A DNA stretch of 64,000 nt, taken from assembly GCF_000711695.1 (NCBI RefSeq), contig NW_013547012.1:62001-126000 (forward strand). Direction: 5' to 3'. A program made the position numbers and the translations under genes. The notes under the pieces are model-generated. The model had not been told where the DNA came from, ran no database searches, and worked only from the letters and a program-made list of their open reading frames with translations. This DNA is from Tilletiaria anomala UBC 951 (taxonomy: Eukaryota). Positions 63,440-64,000 of the stretch are shown one piece after another (within the stretch, counting starts at the first letter, position 1; every line of letters starts with the position of its first letter).

Positions 63440-64000
63440 TCACGCCTTTCTGTCGTGCTGGCCGCCGACATCATCATTCGAATCGATCCGAATCGCAGCA
63501 CGCAGCTCCTGCGCCTTGCGGTCTGTCTTGAACTCGCGAGGGAGAAGGGCAAGTCCACATATGTACACGACACCGAGCAATGCTGCCCACGCGATGCACT
63601 GTGAGATGAGGGGAGCGAGCGGTGGTCAGACCGAGCCATGTCCTCGAATTGAGGGCTTACGCAGCGGAAAGACAACACGATGAGAGCGACTCACGACATA
63701 TTTTCCCGCTACCGATGGGTACCAGGGCACCCACAGGTCGAAACCCAATGCCATGTTCCACGGCGCAAGGCCGAAGAGGACGATTCCGATGATGATGTGC
63801 AGGTAGTTCTGTACGCGGATGCGCTTCGCATTCCAGAGCATGTGGCCGAACTGCCCCAAAAGCCCTTGGAAGACGGCGAGCATGGCAAGCACAAAGCCTA
63901 GCTTGTGGTGCCGCTGGCTAAAATCGACGCCACCCTCGCTCTTAACGATTGCAAAGCCCAAACCCATGGCAATCAGGATGAACGCGATCGAGACGGTCTG
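63440..64000 (-). CDS. Cytochrome b561-family membrane protein, 5' end outside the window
   Basis: TM helices with HHKLG, QGLLGQFGH and YLHIIIG. Intron 63599-63694 joins to a final TM exon (CIAWAALLGVVYICGLALLPRE) that stops at 63440. Confidence 0.82.

Overview
Intron-rich, GC-rich eukaryotic DNA from a fungus. The short GT-AG introns, compact gene spacing and gene content suggest a basidiomycete, probably of the smut lineage (inference). About 18 protein-coding genes can be reconstructed by hand: phosphoglucomutase, an Hcs1/IGHMBP2-type SF1 helicase, an FAD/NAD(P) oxidoreductase, a small secreted protein, a secreted/GPI alpha/beta-hydrolase-fold protein, a polyQ protein with an SSUH2-like C-terminus, a histidine acid phosphatase/phytase, a double CRAL-TRIO lipid-transfer protein, a TALE homeodomain factor, NCE101, a RING-H2 protein, a Dug3-PTPA reading frame, an OM14-like protein, ALG11, LCB3, an amino-acid permease, an acid sphingomyelinase and a cytochrome b561. 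There are also two decayed genes (a GH16 glucanase and a b561 paralogue). The most notable observations are: (1) an apparent in-frame fusion of the glutathione-degrading Ntn-hydrolase Dug3 with the PP2A activator PTPA/Rrd2; (2) a single ORF with two complete Sec14/Csr1 modules that differ in intron positions yet share identical DNA tracts; (3) an SSUH2-like Zn-finger domain in a fungal protein; (4) a hydrolase whose nucleophile Ser is replaced by Gly; (5) a 46-bp intergenic inverted repeat with perfect 22-bp arms. No rRNA, tRNA, CRISPR array or intact transposon was recognised. All family calls come from motif recognition, not database searches.
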